Source: an uncultured bacterium (lineage in GTDB: Bacteria > JAGOEH01). Taken from it: DNA of 64,000 bases. The position numbers and the translations under genes are program-made. Shown in pieces: positions 20,955 through 31,002 of the stretch. Below the pieces are notes generated by a model. The model did no database searches, was not told where the DNA came from, and saw nothing but the letters and a program-made list of their open reading frames with translations. The DNA lies in contig CAZWDO010000019.1 of NCBI GenBank assembly GCA_964632485.1, forward strand, positions 1-64,000, read 5' to 3'. The first letter of the stretch is position 1, and the number at the start of each line of letters is the position of its first letter.

Positions 20955-21443
20955 TTAAAACATATCGAGTTGCCTTGGCGGCAACATTGGCAAATCTCTT
21001 ACCTCGATATAATTTTTGGCAAATTTTATTATATGATTGTGGTCATGACTATATATGCATTTGGCTTTGTGCCCAACTGCTGTCGCCAAAACTAACAGAT
21101 CATTTCTTAACTCTCTTTTTGTTAAATTCATTTCATCTTTATGCTCATATAACTGTTTATATTCATTTGAATTATGCAGTTGCATATAGTATTTTCCGCA
21201 CAATTGATCGTAGGGAGCAATCATGAATCTTGAGCTCAGATCGCAGACAAATTTATCATACGCATCATTTATTTTAATCGAAGCCTCCGTCACAACTATT
21301 GCCGGAATAATTATTTTTTCATCTTTCAGTTCGGTGTCAATAAGATAACGAGCTTGCTCAAGCTTTCCCAAATCATGTTCTTTTGCTTGATTTAAAATGC
21401 CCCATATTACGATATTTGTATCAAGACATACGATACCTTTCAT
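20955..21443 (-). CDS. PIN-domain (VapC-like) nuclease
   Basis: VCLDTNIVIW, IPAIVVTE, DLLVLATA, IYSHD acidic quartet. Confidence 0.85.
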   Translation of the reverse strand: MKGIVCLDTNIVIWGILNQAKEHDLGKLEQARYLIDTELKDEKIIIPAIVVTEASIKINDAYDKFVCDLSSRFMIAPYDQLCGKYYMQLHNSNEYKQLYEHKDEMNLTKRELRNDLLVLATAVGHKAKCIYSHDHNHIIKFAKNYIEVRDLPMLPPRQLDMF

Positions 21444-22195
21444 TATTCACCCCTGATTTCGTTAACATATTCATCCGGATTAATTTTATCAAAATAGTGG
21501 CCGTAATTTCTTCTCAGATATGAAAACGCTTCAGAAACCGGCGTTTCCTCATAGGCTAAAAGTTCATCCATTTCAAACTCTTTTATTTGATCTGTTTCCA
21601 AATCCCATTTGGCTGTCCCTGACAATCCTACAAATTGATAAAGTCTTTTCCCGAGTTCTTGGGCTTTCTCTTTTGATACAGCAAACACAAGCGTTTCAGC
21701 ATCCATTATCTTCATTGTAATTTTTATATCGGTAATCCCACCAACACTCATTATTGTCCCATAGATTTGAGTTGCACCCATTATTAAACTCTCCCGTTCC
21801 TGATACAAAATTTCATCTGGCTTGATAGTGTATTGTTGATTGTTATACATGGCCGTCAATGATATGTTTCTCTGTTTTGCATGTTCGACACAATCTACAA
21901 ATGGTTTTTGGAGTTGCTTCGGTAATTGTGTTACATCTTTTGAAGCTATGGTTGAACAAAAACTATTAAAAATCATTGATGAAATAATCAGTGACGATGC
22001 AAAGGTTATTTTCAGACAATTTGATTCAACGCCCTGAAGGACTATTAGTTTATCTTTATCAAATTTTTGAGTGTCCTCTTTGGCGTAATTACTGGCGAAA
22101 GTGTAAAATTTATTGATGAAGTCAGCTATGTATTTAGCGCTGGTATTTTCGAGAGTGATATTTTCACCATCGAATACTATCTCAATTCTTTCCAT
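21443..22195 (-). CDS. 250-aa partner of the PIN nuclease (putative antitoxin/sensor)
   Basis: TAATG coupling to PIN; AT-rich; C-terminus INPDEYVNEIRGE; promoter TTGACA-17-TATTTT at 22243-22215. Confidence 0.7.
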   Translation of the reverse strand: MERIEIVFDGENITLENTSAKYIADFINKFYTFASNYAKEDTQKFDKDKLIVLQGVESNCLKITFASSLIISSMIFNSFCSTIASKDVTQLPKQLQKPFVDCVEHAKQRNISLTAMYNNQQYTIKPDEILYQERESLIMGATQIYGTIMSVGGITDIKITMKIMDAETLVFAVSKEKAQELGKRLYQFVGLSGTAKWDLETDQIKEFEMDELLAYEETPVSEAFSYLRRNYGHYFDKINPDEYVNEIRGE

Positions 22196-22281
22196 CCTTC
22201 CCGCCTTTTAGCTTAAAATACAAAAGCGGTACAAAAATGTCAATAGCGAATATTTTTTTGTCAAGAGATTTTGAAAAAAAA

Positions 22282-22710
22282 TTATACTTTCCTGACCGAG
22301 AGGCCGGGTATGGCGGCGAGTCGGGATTCGATTTCGTTGCGCACGTCGGCGGGGAGATCGGGGAACACGGAAGCGGCGTCGCTCCGGAAGCGGTTTTGCG
22401 CGATTTCGACAGCTTTGGAGAAATATGGATTTCCTTTCTGGAAGACTTTTTTGACGGGATGGGCGGCGCCGCGCCAGTAGAGAGCTTTTTTGTTTTTAGG
22501 GCGCAGGACGCCGCCTGGGAGACCGGCGGTGCCGAAATGTACCATGGCGGCGTATTTTTTGTTGGTTCCGACAATGGCGCCGAAATTTTGAGCGGTCAGG
22601 ACGACGATGGATCGGGCGAGCTGGCCTGTTTTTTTGGGAACAGTTTCTTTGATTACGATGCGTTCGATATAGTGGGCCAGGCGCATGGCGATCTGCTGCC
22701 GGTCGATCAT
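22282..22710 (-). CDS. Virion morphogenesis protein (Mu gpG / HK97 gp10-like)
   Basis: PKKTGQLARSI..VGTNKKYAAMVHFGT..NPYF. Confidence 0.8.
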   Translation of the reverse strand: MIDRQQIAMRLAHYIERIVIKETVPKKTGQLARSIVVLTAQNFGAIVGTNKKYAAMVHFGTAGLPGGVLRPKNKKALYWRGAAHPVKKVFQKGNPYFSKAVEIAQNRFRSDAASVFPDLPADVRNEIESRLAAIPGLSVRKV

Positions 22711-23876
22711 AGTATTGCCTTGAGGAATTTTTTGAGGTCGGCGTCGCCGCCGGAAGAGGACGCGTCGGTCGCGGGAGCGGAGATCGGCGAGTTCGTGTTC
22801 CCGGCGGCGATGTTTTCGGATTTGTACCAGGGCGGCTTGTTGAATCTGAAGTCCGGCGAGAGCCCGGCGGGGGCGAGGATGTCGAGGTTGATGACGTTTT
22901 CGTAATATTCCTGGATGGGAGATATGGCGAATTCGATGAACATGTTCATCTGTGATTTGGCTTCGTCGCCGCCGCCGAGCTGACCCGCAGCCATGACGCC
23001 GACGAGTCTCGGCGGTACGCCGTGGCTGCAGATGATTTCATCGCGGGTTTGGGTGTATGGTTTTTCGAGGGCGAATTTTTCGAGGTCCGGGGTGAGGGTG
23101 AGAGTGGTGATGGAAGCTTTTTCGGAAGGGGCGGCGATGACGGCGGATTTGTGGGCGTTAGCGACGCCCTTGTTGTTGCGGAGGGCGGCGGAGAGTTTTT
23201 CTTCGGCTTTTTCGGCGAATTTGCCGCCGGTGAGGAAGATGAGGAGGTCGGGCAGCGCGTTATTGTCGAAATACCCGGAAAGATAGAGTTTCATTTGCCG
23301 GTCGAGGCGGAGCGATTCGAGGGAGTAATTCCATTCAGGAACTCCATAGAGGGATGAAAGCGGAGTGTATTGACGGAAATGGCATAGCTGAGATGGGTTT
23401 TCTGATCCGAAGGCTCCGAATCGGATGCGTTTAGCGTCGGTTTCCTGAATGAAGGAGTAGTCGGGATAGATGTAGCAGGTCCATGCGGGGACGTGGTATA
23501 TTTCGCGGATGATTCCCTTGATATCGCGTTCAATTTCGACAAAAGAATTTCCAAACAGTAGGTAGTCGAAGATAGAGTTTTTGAGGAGTTCGAAGAAAGG
23601 AATTTCTTTAGAGATGTCCTCGAGGTATTTGAGTGACGCGGGGGAAGCCGACGCGCCGTAGGCGGTTGCGACGGAAGATTTAAGCGTGAGACACCGTCCG
23701 TGGTAGGCGTTTGCCGTCGAGTTTTCGAAGAGAGTTCCATAAGAAATTGGCGGCTGAACGATTGAGGAGAAGGCAGGATCGGCGTCGATGGGCGCGGAGA
23801 TTTTGGCTTTGAAAATGGGTTGCGCCGCCGCATGGTGGAAGAGTTGGTGAATATCGAGATTTTGAGAATTACGCAT
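22707..23876 (-). CDS. Portal protein, PBSX/P2-Q family
   Basis: DYLLFGNSFVE, YTPLSSLYGVPEW, YFDNNALP, RDEIICSHGVPPRLVG. Confidence 0.88.
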   Translation of the reverse strand: MRNSQNLDIHQLFHHAAAQPIFKAKISAPIDADPAFSSIVQPPISYGTLFENSTANAYHGRCLTLKSSVATAYGASASPASLKYLEDISKEIPFFELLKNSIFDYLLFGNSFVEIERDIKGIIREIYHVPAWTCYIYPDYSFIQETDAKRIRFGAFGSENPSQLCHFRQYTPLSSLYGVPEWNYSLESLRLDRQMKLYLSGYFDNNALPDLLIFLTGGKFAEKAEEKLSAALRNNKGVANAHKSAVIAAPSEKASITTLTLTPDLEKFALEKPYTQTRDEIICSHGVPPRLVGVMAAGQLGGGDEAKSQMNMFIEFAISPIQEYYENVINLDILAPAGLSPDFRFNKPPWYKSENIAAGNTNSPISAPATDASSSGGDADLKKFLKAIL

Positions 23877-23879
23877 AGC

Positions 23880-24105
23880 TTTAGCTCCTGAGGGGAAAGG
23901 TTTAAGATTATTCCTGGCGCGGGAGAAACAGGGCGGAATGACATAAAATAAACAATATTTCTATAAATAATATATAAATAAAAATAAGTATGTGTTTTAT
24001 ATAAATTAAAATTATTATAGTCGAAAAAAGGAAGACAGAGAGCTGGCTGGAAGCCGGCTGCGCAGGGAAAGTCAGGCAGAAAGAAAGCGCTAACAAAAGG
24101 AGAGC
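23880..24105. promoter_or_regulatory. AT-rich divergent late control region
   Basis: About 90 bp of near-pure A/T (23940-24030) between the divergent portal and protease-capsid genes. Confidence 0.55.
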
Positions 24106-24108
24106 AGC

Positions 24109-25864
24109 ATGAAGAAACGGTTGACGGACATCCAAGTGAAATTTATTTCGCTTGTGCGAAAGGCGGCGAATAAAAAAGAACTGATCTGGAAGAGCAGCGA
24201 TGAGACGCCGGTTTTCAATCGGGACGTGAAGATCGTGAAAAGCGACGAGAAGCGAATGGTGTATGGGATCGTGTATTCACCGAATGAGGTGGACGCGCAT
24301 GGGGAATTTGCGACGGCCGGGGATATTGAAGCGGCTGCGATGGATTTTATGAAGAATCTGCGCAATCTGAACGTGGATAAGGAACATAGTTTCCAGAGCG
24401 AGAAAGCGGCGATCGTGGAGAGCTGGATCGTGAAGAGCGAAAAAGATGAGCTGACGGGGGCATCGAAAGGTTCGTGGTGCGTTGGTATCCATATCGAAGA
24501 CGCTGGATTGTGGGATGATGTCAAGAAAGGCGAGCTGACGGGCATTTCGATGGCCGGATATGCGGTGAAGAAATCGGAAGATGACGCGGATACCGATGGT
24601 GAGTCTCGGGATGCGGCTGGCGTTCTGAAGAAGGTGAAAGGGATGTTCGAGAAGCTTCTGAAGTCTGTGGAGGGCTTGAAGGGTTCGGACGGCGGCTCGG
24701 AGTGGGGCGGCGGCGAGCTGCTGAAGGCTACGGAAAGCGTGGTGGATCGAATTGATAAGAAGCTCAAAGAGCTGGGCGAAGGTGGCGCGAAAGGAGAGGA
24801 AATGAAGAAATTGTTACAGGATGCGACAGCGCAGTTGGAGAGATTTGAAAAGGCCGGTGTTTTCAGCAAGCGGAGCGCGGGCGTGGACGAAGGCAGCGGG
24901 GCGAGCGGTGTCGCGGGTAAAGACGACTACAGTATCATATTGAAATCGGATGAAGAAGTGATTGTTCCCATGCGTAAAGCGGGTCCGATTACACCGCAGA
25001 GTCAGCGTATCGGTGGCGCGTTGAAGTCGCAGGCCAGCGCCAAGATCATTGATTTTGTGATGAAGCAGGATTTATTTTCGGCAGTGTCCACGCAGCGTTC
25101 GCAGAAATTGATCCGGGACATTGACGTATTTTCAATACTGCGTCGGGTGATTACGCGGATCCCGCAGGGCCAGTCTCCGGAGTTGTTTGTATCGTCTTCG
25201 AACGTCGGTCGGCAATTCGTGATGAAGGAAGTCGATCTGTTCGGGCAGATTATGTTTGATGCGATCTGGGACAATCAGGACAATGCGAATTTTGAGAACG
25301 AGAAGGCGCAGGAATTTTTGACGGCGATCAGCGAAGATTTAAAGTTGTTAGCGTGGGAAGGCGTGAACGACGACAACAGCGACGGATTCGCAACGCTGAA
25401 CAAGGGGTGGCTGCAATTAGCGCGGGACGCAGGGTGCGCGAAGCTGACCGTCGCGGATTACATGTCTGGCGATACGGTGAGCTGGATCGAGCTGATGAGC
25501 GATATGCTGAAGGATTTGCCGACGCATTTTAAATCGTCGCTGGTGAAGTATTTTATGAACCAGTCTGACTATGAGCAGTATGTTAAGCAGATGGGCGGAC
25601 TGGTCTCAGGCAGCGCTCAGGATATTAAAACGGGATCAGTAGAGACGTATATGGGGTATTCGATTTTTCACGCGGGTTATATTCCCAGCGGCAAATTGAT
25701 GCTGGTTCCGGCTCCGAATCTGGCTTTTGGGATTAATACGGACGTCCAGCGGTATCGAGAGGAGAAGGGCGCTGAACGGTGCGTGAACTATACGTTTGTG
25801 GCGAATGTGGATTACCAGATCGCGGTTCCGGATGCGATCGTGTNNNNNNNNNNACGCCGAATAA
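24109..25864 (+). CDS. XkdF-like prohead protease fused to scaffold and major capsid protein
   Basis: FISLVRKAANKK, VYGIVYSPNEVDAHG, ELTGISMAG; capsid-like DLKLLAWEG..TLNKGWLQ..PAPNLAFGI. Across the N gap it reads DAIV|YAE* (TAA at 25862). Confidence 0.8.
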
Positions 25865-25885
25865 GACGACGCGGGGACAGCGGAG

Positions 25886-26365
25886 ATGGTACGGATCGAT
25901 ACGGAGCGTTTGCTGGAGCTGGGGTATTTCGCGGATGACGCGCGACCCCGTCCGCTGCGGAAGTGGCAGTATGTGATGGATTTGGGACGCATCCCGGCGG
26001 AGATGGCGGACGAGCAGATCGCGCCGCACGCGGAAAGCGGATGCCGGGAGGCGTGGACGCGGCTGGGTACGGCTGCGGAAGCGGCTTCGGCGGACGGGGC
26101 GGCTGTTGAAGACCTTGGGGAGGTGATTGAGGCGGCGGCGTGTCTGGCGCTTGCGAGCCTGATCCCTTCGGCGGGGATATTCTACGCGGCGGGGGCGTCT
26201 TCGGCGGCGCGGGAAGTGGCGGAGATGGACTGGCGGTATTACACAGCGGAAGAATCCTTGCGGCTGGCGGCGGCGTGGCGCGCGCGCGCGGGGGAGCTTC
26301 TGCGGCGGGCGGCGATGGCTGACGGCCGCGGAACGGATGATTATGTGGGCGTGCAGATCATATAA
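25886..26365 (+). CDS. Putative head-completion/connector protein
   Basis: Position directly after the capsid gene; no motif recognised. Confidence 0.45.
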   Translation: MVRIDTERLLELGYFADDARPRPLRKWQYVMDLGRIPAEMADEQIAPHAESGCREAWTRLGTAAEAASADGAAVEDLGEVIEAAACLALASLIPSAGIFYAAGASSAAREVAEMDWRYYTAEESLRLAAAWRARAGELLRRAAMADGRGTDDYVGVQII

Positions 26366-26382
26366 TAATGAAAGGAACGGAT

Positions 26383-26943
26383 ATGGCGAAAGAGAAGAGC
26401 GCGGCTGGGAAGTCGGCTTGTGATGAAATGGATCGGATCGTCGAGTCGGCGGTGGCGGCCGCCCGGTCGGAATACGGGTTGGATGATTGTATTGATTTCA
26501 GCGTAGAACTGGTTCGCGCGGTGATAGAAGTGGAGAGCGCGGGGAACATCTATGCGCAGCGGTACGAAGCGCATTATCGGTACACGAATTTGCAGTTCAA
26601 GCGTCCGCGGCTGTGCGGTTCGCAGTTGGAGCAGTTTTCGCAGCAGTGTTCATACGGATTGATGCAGCTCATGCTGGCGACGGCGCGCGAGTTCGGCTTT
26701 GACGGCTGGCCGGGCGAATTGTTCGAGGTGGAGACGAATGTCCGTCTCGGGGCGCGGGTATTGGCGTCGAAGTTCAAGAGATATTATGCGAGCGATGGTC
26801 TGGAAGGCGCGATCGCGGCGTACAACGCGGGCTCAGCGCGTCGGGATGCGAGCGGGGCGCTGCGGAACGCGGGATATGTTTTGAAGGTAATTTCCGCTTT
26901 GTCCGGCAAAGGGCATGGGGAGCGAGTGGGTGTCGAGGGTTAG
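26383..26943 (+). CDS. SLT-family lytic transglycosylase (endolysin)
   Basis: RAVIEVES, SYGLMQL, AIAAYNAG. Confidence 0.9.
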   Translation: MAKEKSAAGKSACDEMDRIVESAVAAARSEYGLDDCIDFSVELVRAVIEVESAGNIYAQRYEAHYRYTNLQFKRPRLCGSQLEQFSQQCSYGLMQLMLATAREFGFDGWPGELFEVETNVRLGARVLASKFKRYYASDGLEGAIAAYNAGSARRDASGALRNAGYVLKVISALSGKGHGERVGVEG

Positions 26944-26989
26944 TTGGAGACGGCTGAACTTTGTACGTCCGCCCGGGCAAAATGTCCGA

Positions 26990-27115
26990 ATGGCGAAAAA
27001 CGACGGGAAAAGGCGTTTTAAGCGCAGAGGAAAAACAATCCGTGTTCAGGGTCGTTTTTTTAAATTGAACACGATTTGAACACGATTGAACGGGAAATTA
27101 TTGATTTTAACGTTG
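26990..27115. promoter_or_regulatory. Near-central non-coding site with phased TTGAACAC repeats (possible gyrase-site analogue)
   Basis: ttgaacacgatttgaacacgattgaac; about 1.1 kb from the prophage midpoint. Confidence 0.4.
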
Positions 27116-27197
27116 GGTCGGGCCGCGAGAAGCGAAATGGGCTGGAAGCCCATGCCACTTTAGGCTGGAAGCCCATGCCACATAAGAAGAGGAAAAT

Positions 27198-27668
27198 ATG
27201 AGCGAGAGCATCGAGAGGAAAATCAGGGCTGAGATCGAGCGGCGCATTCTGGAGCTCTATCCGGAATACGCGACGCGGGGCGGCCGGGGGGTTCGCGGCA
27301 GGAACTTTCTGGTGGTTATCGCGGAGCGGCGGGTGAATTTGAATTATATGCCGGAACCGTCGCTCGATGATTCGGCAGCGCTGGTTTCGGCGGAAGTGGA
27401 CGCGACAGTGGGAGTGATATTTTACGCGGCGGAAGACGAGGCGCTGGATGTGGAGCCGTTCATGCGGTCGCTGCTGCTGTATCCTCGCATCGAGGACGAA
27501 GCGGGCGCGGAGATCGCTTTGGTTCGGCTGCCGATCACGACGGCGATCCTTGAGGGATCGACGATGGATCGGGAATATGTTCAAATTCCGATCCGCTATC
27601 GGTATGCGGGGGATTTTGCTCCCGCGGAACTGGTTTTGCTGGAGAGGATGAAGGAGGAGGAGCGATGA
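27198..27668 (+). CDS. Putative tail-completion protein
   Basis: Size and position upstream of the tail tube gene. Confidence 0.45.
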   Translation: MSESIERKIRAEIERRILELYPEYATRGGRGVRGRNFLVVIAERRVNLNYMPEPSLDDSAALVSAEVDATVGVIFYAAEDEALDVEPFMRSLLLYPRIEDEAGAEIALVRLPITTAILEGSTMDREYVQIPIRYRYAGDFAPAELVLLERMKEEER

Positions 27669-28003
27669 CGGCGGCGCGTCGGAAAGAAGCGGCAGGAGAA
27701 TTGTTTTCGTTAGGGGAGATCGCATTGAAGCTGGAGAACATATCTGCGCGGATGGAAGCGGTTGAGGCGGCGCTGGAGCGGATTGCGGAGCGGATGGACT
27801 CTGCGTCGCAATGCGGGGGCGCGGTGGATTTGCGGTTGGCGGAGCATGAGCTGAGGCTTCGCCGGATTGAGGAGGAGCGGACTCGGGAAGTGGCGGCGGA
27901 AGCCCGTCGGGCGTCGGAACATCGCAAAACGATGTGGAGTCTCGGCATCGCGGTAGGGGTTTTATTCCTCGAGGCGGTCGCTCGGGCGATATTTCATTAT
28001 TAA
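27665..28003 (+). CDS. Coiled-coil protein with C-terminal TM (holin/XhlA-like)
   Basis: HELRLRRIEE coiled coil, then MWSLGIAVGVLFLEAVA; near the endolysin. Confidence 0.5.
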   Translation: MTAARRKEAAGELFSLGEIALKLENISARMEAVEAALERIAERMDSASQCGGAVDLRLAEHELRLRRIEEERTREVAAEARRASEHRKTMWSLGIAVGVLFLEAVARAIFHY

Positions 28004-28018
28004 CAAGGAGACACAATT

Positions 28019-28885
28019 ATGGCGAATGTACAGGACCAACTTTCCCGGGCGCTTGCGGGACCGGGAACGGTGTATATTCAGCGATACGTTTCGGAGACGG
28101 AACTGTCGGCTGATCAGGTTATTTTAAGCGCGTTGAAAGACGGGATCGATTTCAAGGCCACGCTGGACAAATTAGAAGTGAGCGCGGATTCGTGCTATGC
28201 TCCGATTGACGAGTTTATTTCTGGCATCAAGGGGGATGGCGAACTGGTTTTGTTGGACGTGGACGCGGAGATGATACATCAGTTTCTTGGCGGGACGCTG
28301 GTATCGGAATCGGGCACGGAGAACCGAGGGGTGAAGTTTTATCAGACGGATGTGGAGAACGCGGCGGTGACGGCGCGGGTGAAGTTCGTTCCCAAATCGA
28401 CCAAAGCGGCGGGGAAAGGCGTGATCCTCTATCGGTGCAAAGTTTCGATTTCGGAGTTGAACATGGGCATGAAGCGCAGCGAATTGCGTTCGTACAAAGT
28501 AACGATCAAGCTTCTGGAACCACCGGTCACGACCCCGGCGACGCCGTATTTTTATGTCGGCGCGCTAACGCTGGCTGAAGTGGATGCGCCGAGCGCGACG
28601 ACTTCGGCGGCTTCTTCGGTGGGCGCGGACGAGGCGACGATGAATGGTTCGGTAAATCCGAACGGCTCTTCGACAGTGGTGAAGTTCGAATGGGGCGAAA
28701 CAGTCTCATACGGGAACGTGATTACGGCGGCGGAAAGCCCGGCGACGGGGTCGTCCGCAGTGAGCGTGAGCGCGTATATCGGCGGGTTGGAAGCGGAAAC
28801 GGCGTATCATTTTCGCTGCGTGGCATGGTCGGACGGCGGCTTGACGGTGGGCGCGGATGCGACGTTCACGACCACGGCCTCCTAA
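28019..28885 (+). CDS. Major tail (tube) protein with a C-terminal FN3 domain
   Basis: LAGPGTVY..GIDFKATL tube-like N-terminus; FN3 ATMNGSVNPNG..FEWG..GLEAETAYHFRCVA. Confidence 0.75.
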   Translation: MANVQDQLSRALAGPGTVYIQRYVSETELSADQVILSALKDGIDFKATLDKLEVSADSCYAPIDEFISGIKGDGELVLLDVDAEMIHQFLGGTLVSESGTENRGVKFYQTDVENAAVTARVKFVPKSTKAAGKGVILYRCKVSISELNMGMKRSELRSYKVTIKLLEPPVTTPATPYFYVGALTLAEVDAPSATTSAASSVGADEATMNGSVNPNGSSTVVKFEWGETVSYGNVITAAESPATGSSAVSVSAYIGGLEAETAYHFRCVAWSDGGLTVGADATFTTTAS

Positions 28886-28958
28886 GCGAGAAGGGGTAAG
28901 GATGAAGAGAGCCTGGCTTGCAGCCGACTGGACAAAATATTCTGTGAAAGGGGCAAAG

Positions 28959-29489
28959 ATGAAACGGAACTGGAAAGCGGCGTTATGCGCGGCGGTGGGT
29001 TTCGCGCTGCTGATCGCGCTGTTCGGGGGGTTTTCCCGATCCCGGGCGGACGGCGGGCCGCGAGTGATCAACTGTAATGAGAGCAATCGGTACCTGGAAG
29101 GGATCGACTCGGCGACGGTTCAAGTGAACGCGGATACGATGCGGCGAGTCGGGACGAAGACGGGCCGGGAGCTCGTCGGCGTGGAGCTGACGATTTCGAA
29201 AACGGGCGGCCGGGTGCATCTGGCGCCGACCGAGGGCCTTTCCTTCCTCACGGGGGTGGTTTATGGCTATGCCGGAGGGTTGGACGGGTTTTCGCCAGGC
29301 GCGGGGATGACGGACACGCTGGAGTCTCGGCTGATCGCGCTGGATAGCGCCCTCGATCGCGGGGTTCGGCTGAGCTGGCCGGTGTCGGACGGAGTGTCGA
29401 AACTGCGGCTGGAAGGCGTGGGGCTGATGAGTGGGGATACGGTGCGCGTGTGGGCGGTTCCGGCGTATTCGCCCGCGCCAGTCCGGTAG
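28959..29489 (+). CDS. Signal-peptide/TM-anchored hypothetical protein
   Basis: MKRNWKAALCAAVGFALLIALFGG. Confidence 0.55.
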   Translation: MKRNWKAALCAAVGFALLIALFGGFSRSRADGGPRVINCNESNRYLEGIDSATVQVNADTMRRVGTKTGRELVGVELTISKTGGRVHLAPTEGLSFLTGVVYGYAGGLDGFSPGAGMTDTLESRLIALDSALDRGVRLSWPVSDGVSKLRLEGVGLMSGDTVRVWAVPAYSPAPVR

Positions 29490-29600
29490 GGACGGACGGC
29501 TGGGATGTGGAGCTGGCTGGGATTTTTGCGCCCGCGGAGTCTGCGGGACTGGATTATGTTCGTAACGGCAGGGTATACAATAATTAAAAGGAGTTTACAA

Positions 29601-29918
29601 ATGATTAAATTTATGCAACTGATCGGGGCGCTGATTGCGACGCTTCCGCTGAAGATCATGCAGGCGTCGGAAGACAAAATTATCACGCTGGACGAGTTTT
29701 TGCAGCTCGCGCGATCGACGGCGAAAGGGCTGGGTTTCGAGGAAGCGCGTATCGCCCGACTGAGCGATCCGGCGGCGTCCGCGATCCTCTCGGGAGCGGA
29801 ACGGATCGCAGCCGCGGCTGCTGACCGCGAGCTGACGGCGGATGAAGTTTTCGGTATTCTGGAAGAAACGGTTCGCGCAGCGGGACTGGGCAATATCAAG
29901 CTGATCGGGCTGAAATAG
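29601..29918 (+). CDS. Hypothetical protein with an internal repeat (ITLDEF / LTADEV)
   Basis: AAGGAG RBS. Confidence 0.55.
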   Translation: MIKFMQLIGALIATLPLKIMQASEDKIITLDEFLQLARSTAKGLGFEEARIARLSDPAASAILSGAERIAAAAADRELTADEVFGILEETVRAAGLGNIKLIGLK

Positions 29919-30140
29919 CCGCGAGTTTGGTGTCGATTTCGGTTGTTTCGGCGGTTTCGGCGTTTATGGGTCGCCCCTCGGTTCGGCATGGGGATCGGGG
30001 GGCGGCGCAGAAATGCGGATGCGGGGGGAGGAAGAGAAGATGGAAGGGAGGAATACACGAAATACACGGAAGTCGCGGAAAGAGAAAGAGCAGATGGATT
30101 CCGGGTCAAGCCCGGAATGACAAAAATCGGTGCGGAAGGT

Positions 30141-30356
30141 ATGGAAACTGTGAAAAAGATTGTTCATGGACTGGCGGCGCGGGCCGCGCTGACGGTTCTG
30201 GTGGCCGCGGGATTGGGCGTCGGCATTTCGGTTTGCCGCCGGGATGACCCGCCGAGAGCGAGATCGGGATTTTTCCGGACGGCGGCGGACGGGACGCTGC
30301 ATGTGCGCGCGCTGATCGCCGACGAACTGAAGGCGTATCGGCGGTCGCCGCGATAA
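30141..30356 (+). CDS. Small membrane protein
   Basis: AALTVLVAAGLGVGISV TM segment. Confidence 0.45.
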   Translation: METVKKIVHGLAARAALTVLVAAGLGVGISVCRRDDPPRARSGFFRTAADGTLHVRALIADELKAYRRSPR

Positions 30357-30398
30357 TCGACACGAACGCGCGCCGGATCGGCGCGGGAAAGGAAGCGC

Positions 30399-30989
30399 AT
30401 GCAGGACTACAGCGCTGAACTCTATCAACTTCTCCAGCGTCTGAACGCACTGAAAACCATTCGGGGCGACGGATTCGATCCGGCGACCGACACCCTCGAA
30501 AAGCTCCGAGACGAACTGACCGCCATCGAGGGCTCCGGATTCGCCACAGCCAGCCACAGCCTCGCAAAACTGGCCGGCTCAGCGTTCGATCCGGCGACCG
30601 ACTCCCTCCAGCAAATCCGCGACAACATGCCCGCTTCGGCTCCGCTTTCGAACATATATTCTTCGTCGAATTATAACCAGACGGCAAACACAACCATAAA
30701 CGTTACTGGCGCGGGGATATTGCTTTCGCTCGGGGGCGGAATTGTCTCCTCCTCCGTTGCCATGTCCACCTGGAGCACACTTAAGGCGAGCATATACAAA
30801 GACGACGACACGAATTATACGGATGTTTATGTTGCGATCCAACACAATCCAGGAAACAATTATTATTTTCTCAACTCAGTAAAGTCGGTTCCGCTCATGC
30901 TCTCGTTCAGTACCCGGCTAAAAATTGTTTTCACGTTTGTTGCATCGAACACGAGCTACGATTATTACGCCGTATACACACTAAATTGA
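30399..30989 (+). CDS. Fibre/decoration-like protein with an FDPATD repeat and a beta-rich C-terminus
   Basis: GFDPATDTL / AFDPATDSL repeat; Asn/Tyr/Ser-rich tail. Confidence 0.55.
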   Translation: MQDYSAELYQLLQRLNALKTIRGDGFDPATDTLEKLRDELTAIEGSGFATASHSLAKLAGSAFDPATDSLQQIRDNMPASAPLSNIYSSSNYNQTANTTINVTGAGILLSLGGGIVSSSVAMSTWSTLKASIYKDDDTNYTDVYVAIQHNPGNNYYFLNSVKSVPLMLSFSTRLKIVFTFVASNTSYDYYAVYTLN

Positions 30990-31002
30990 GGGAGGAATAT
31001 GC

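Noticed and set aside
30640-30989. DGR variable region
   Set aside because: Asn/Tyr-rich, but I found no template repeat and no reverse transcriptase in the window.
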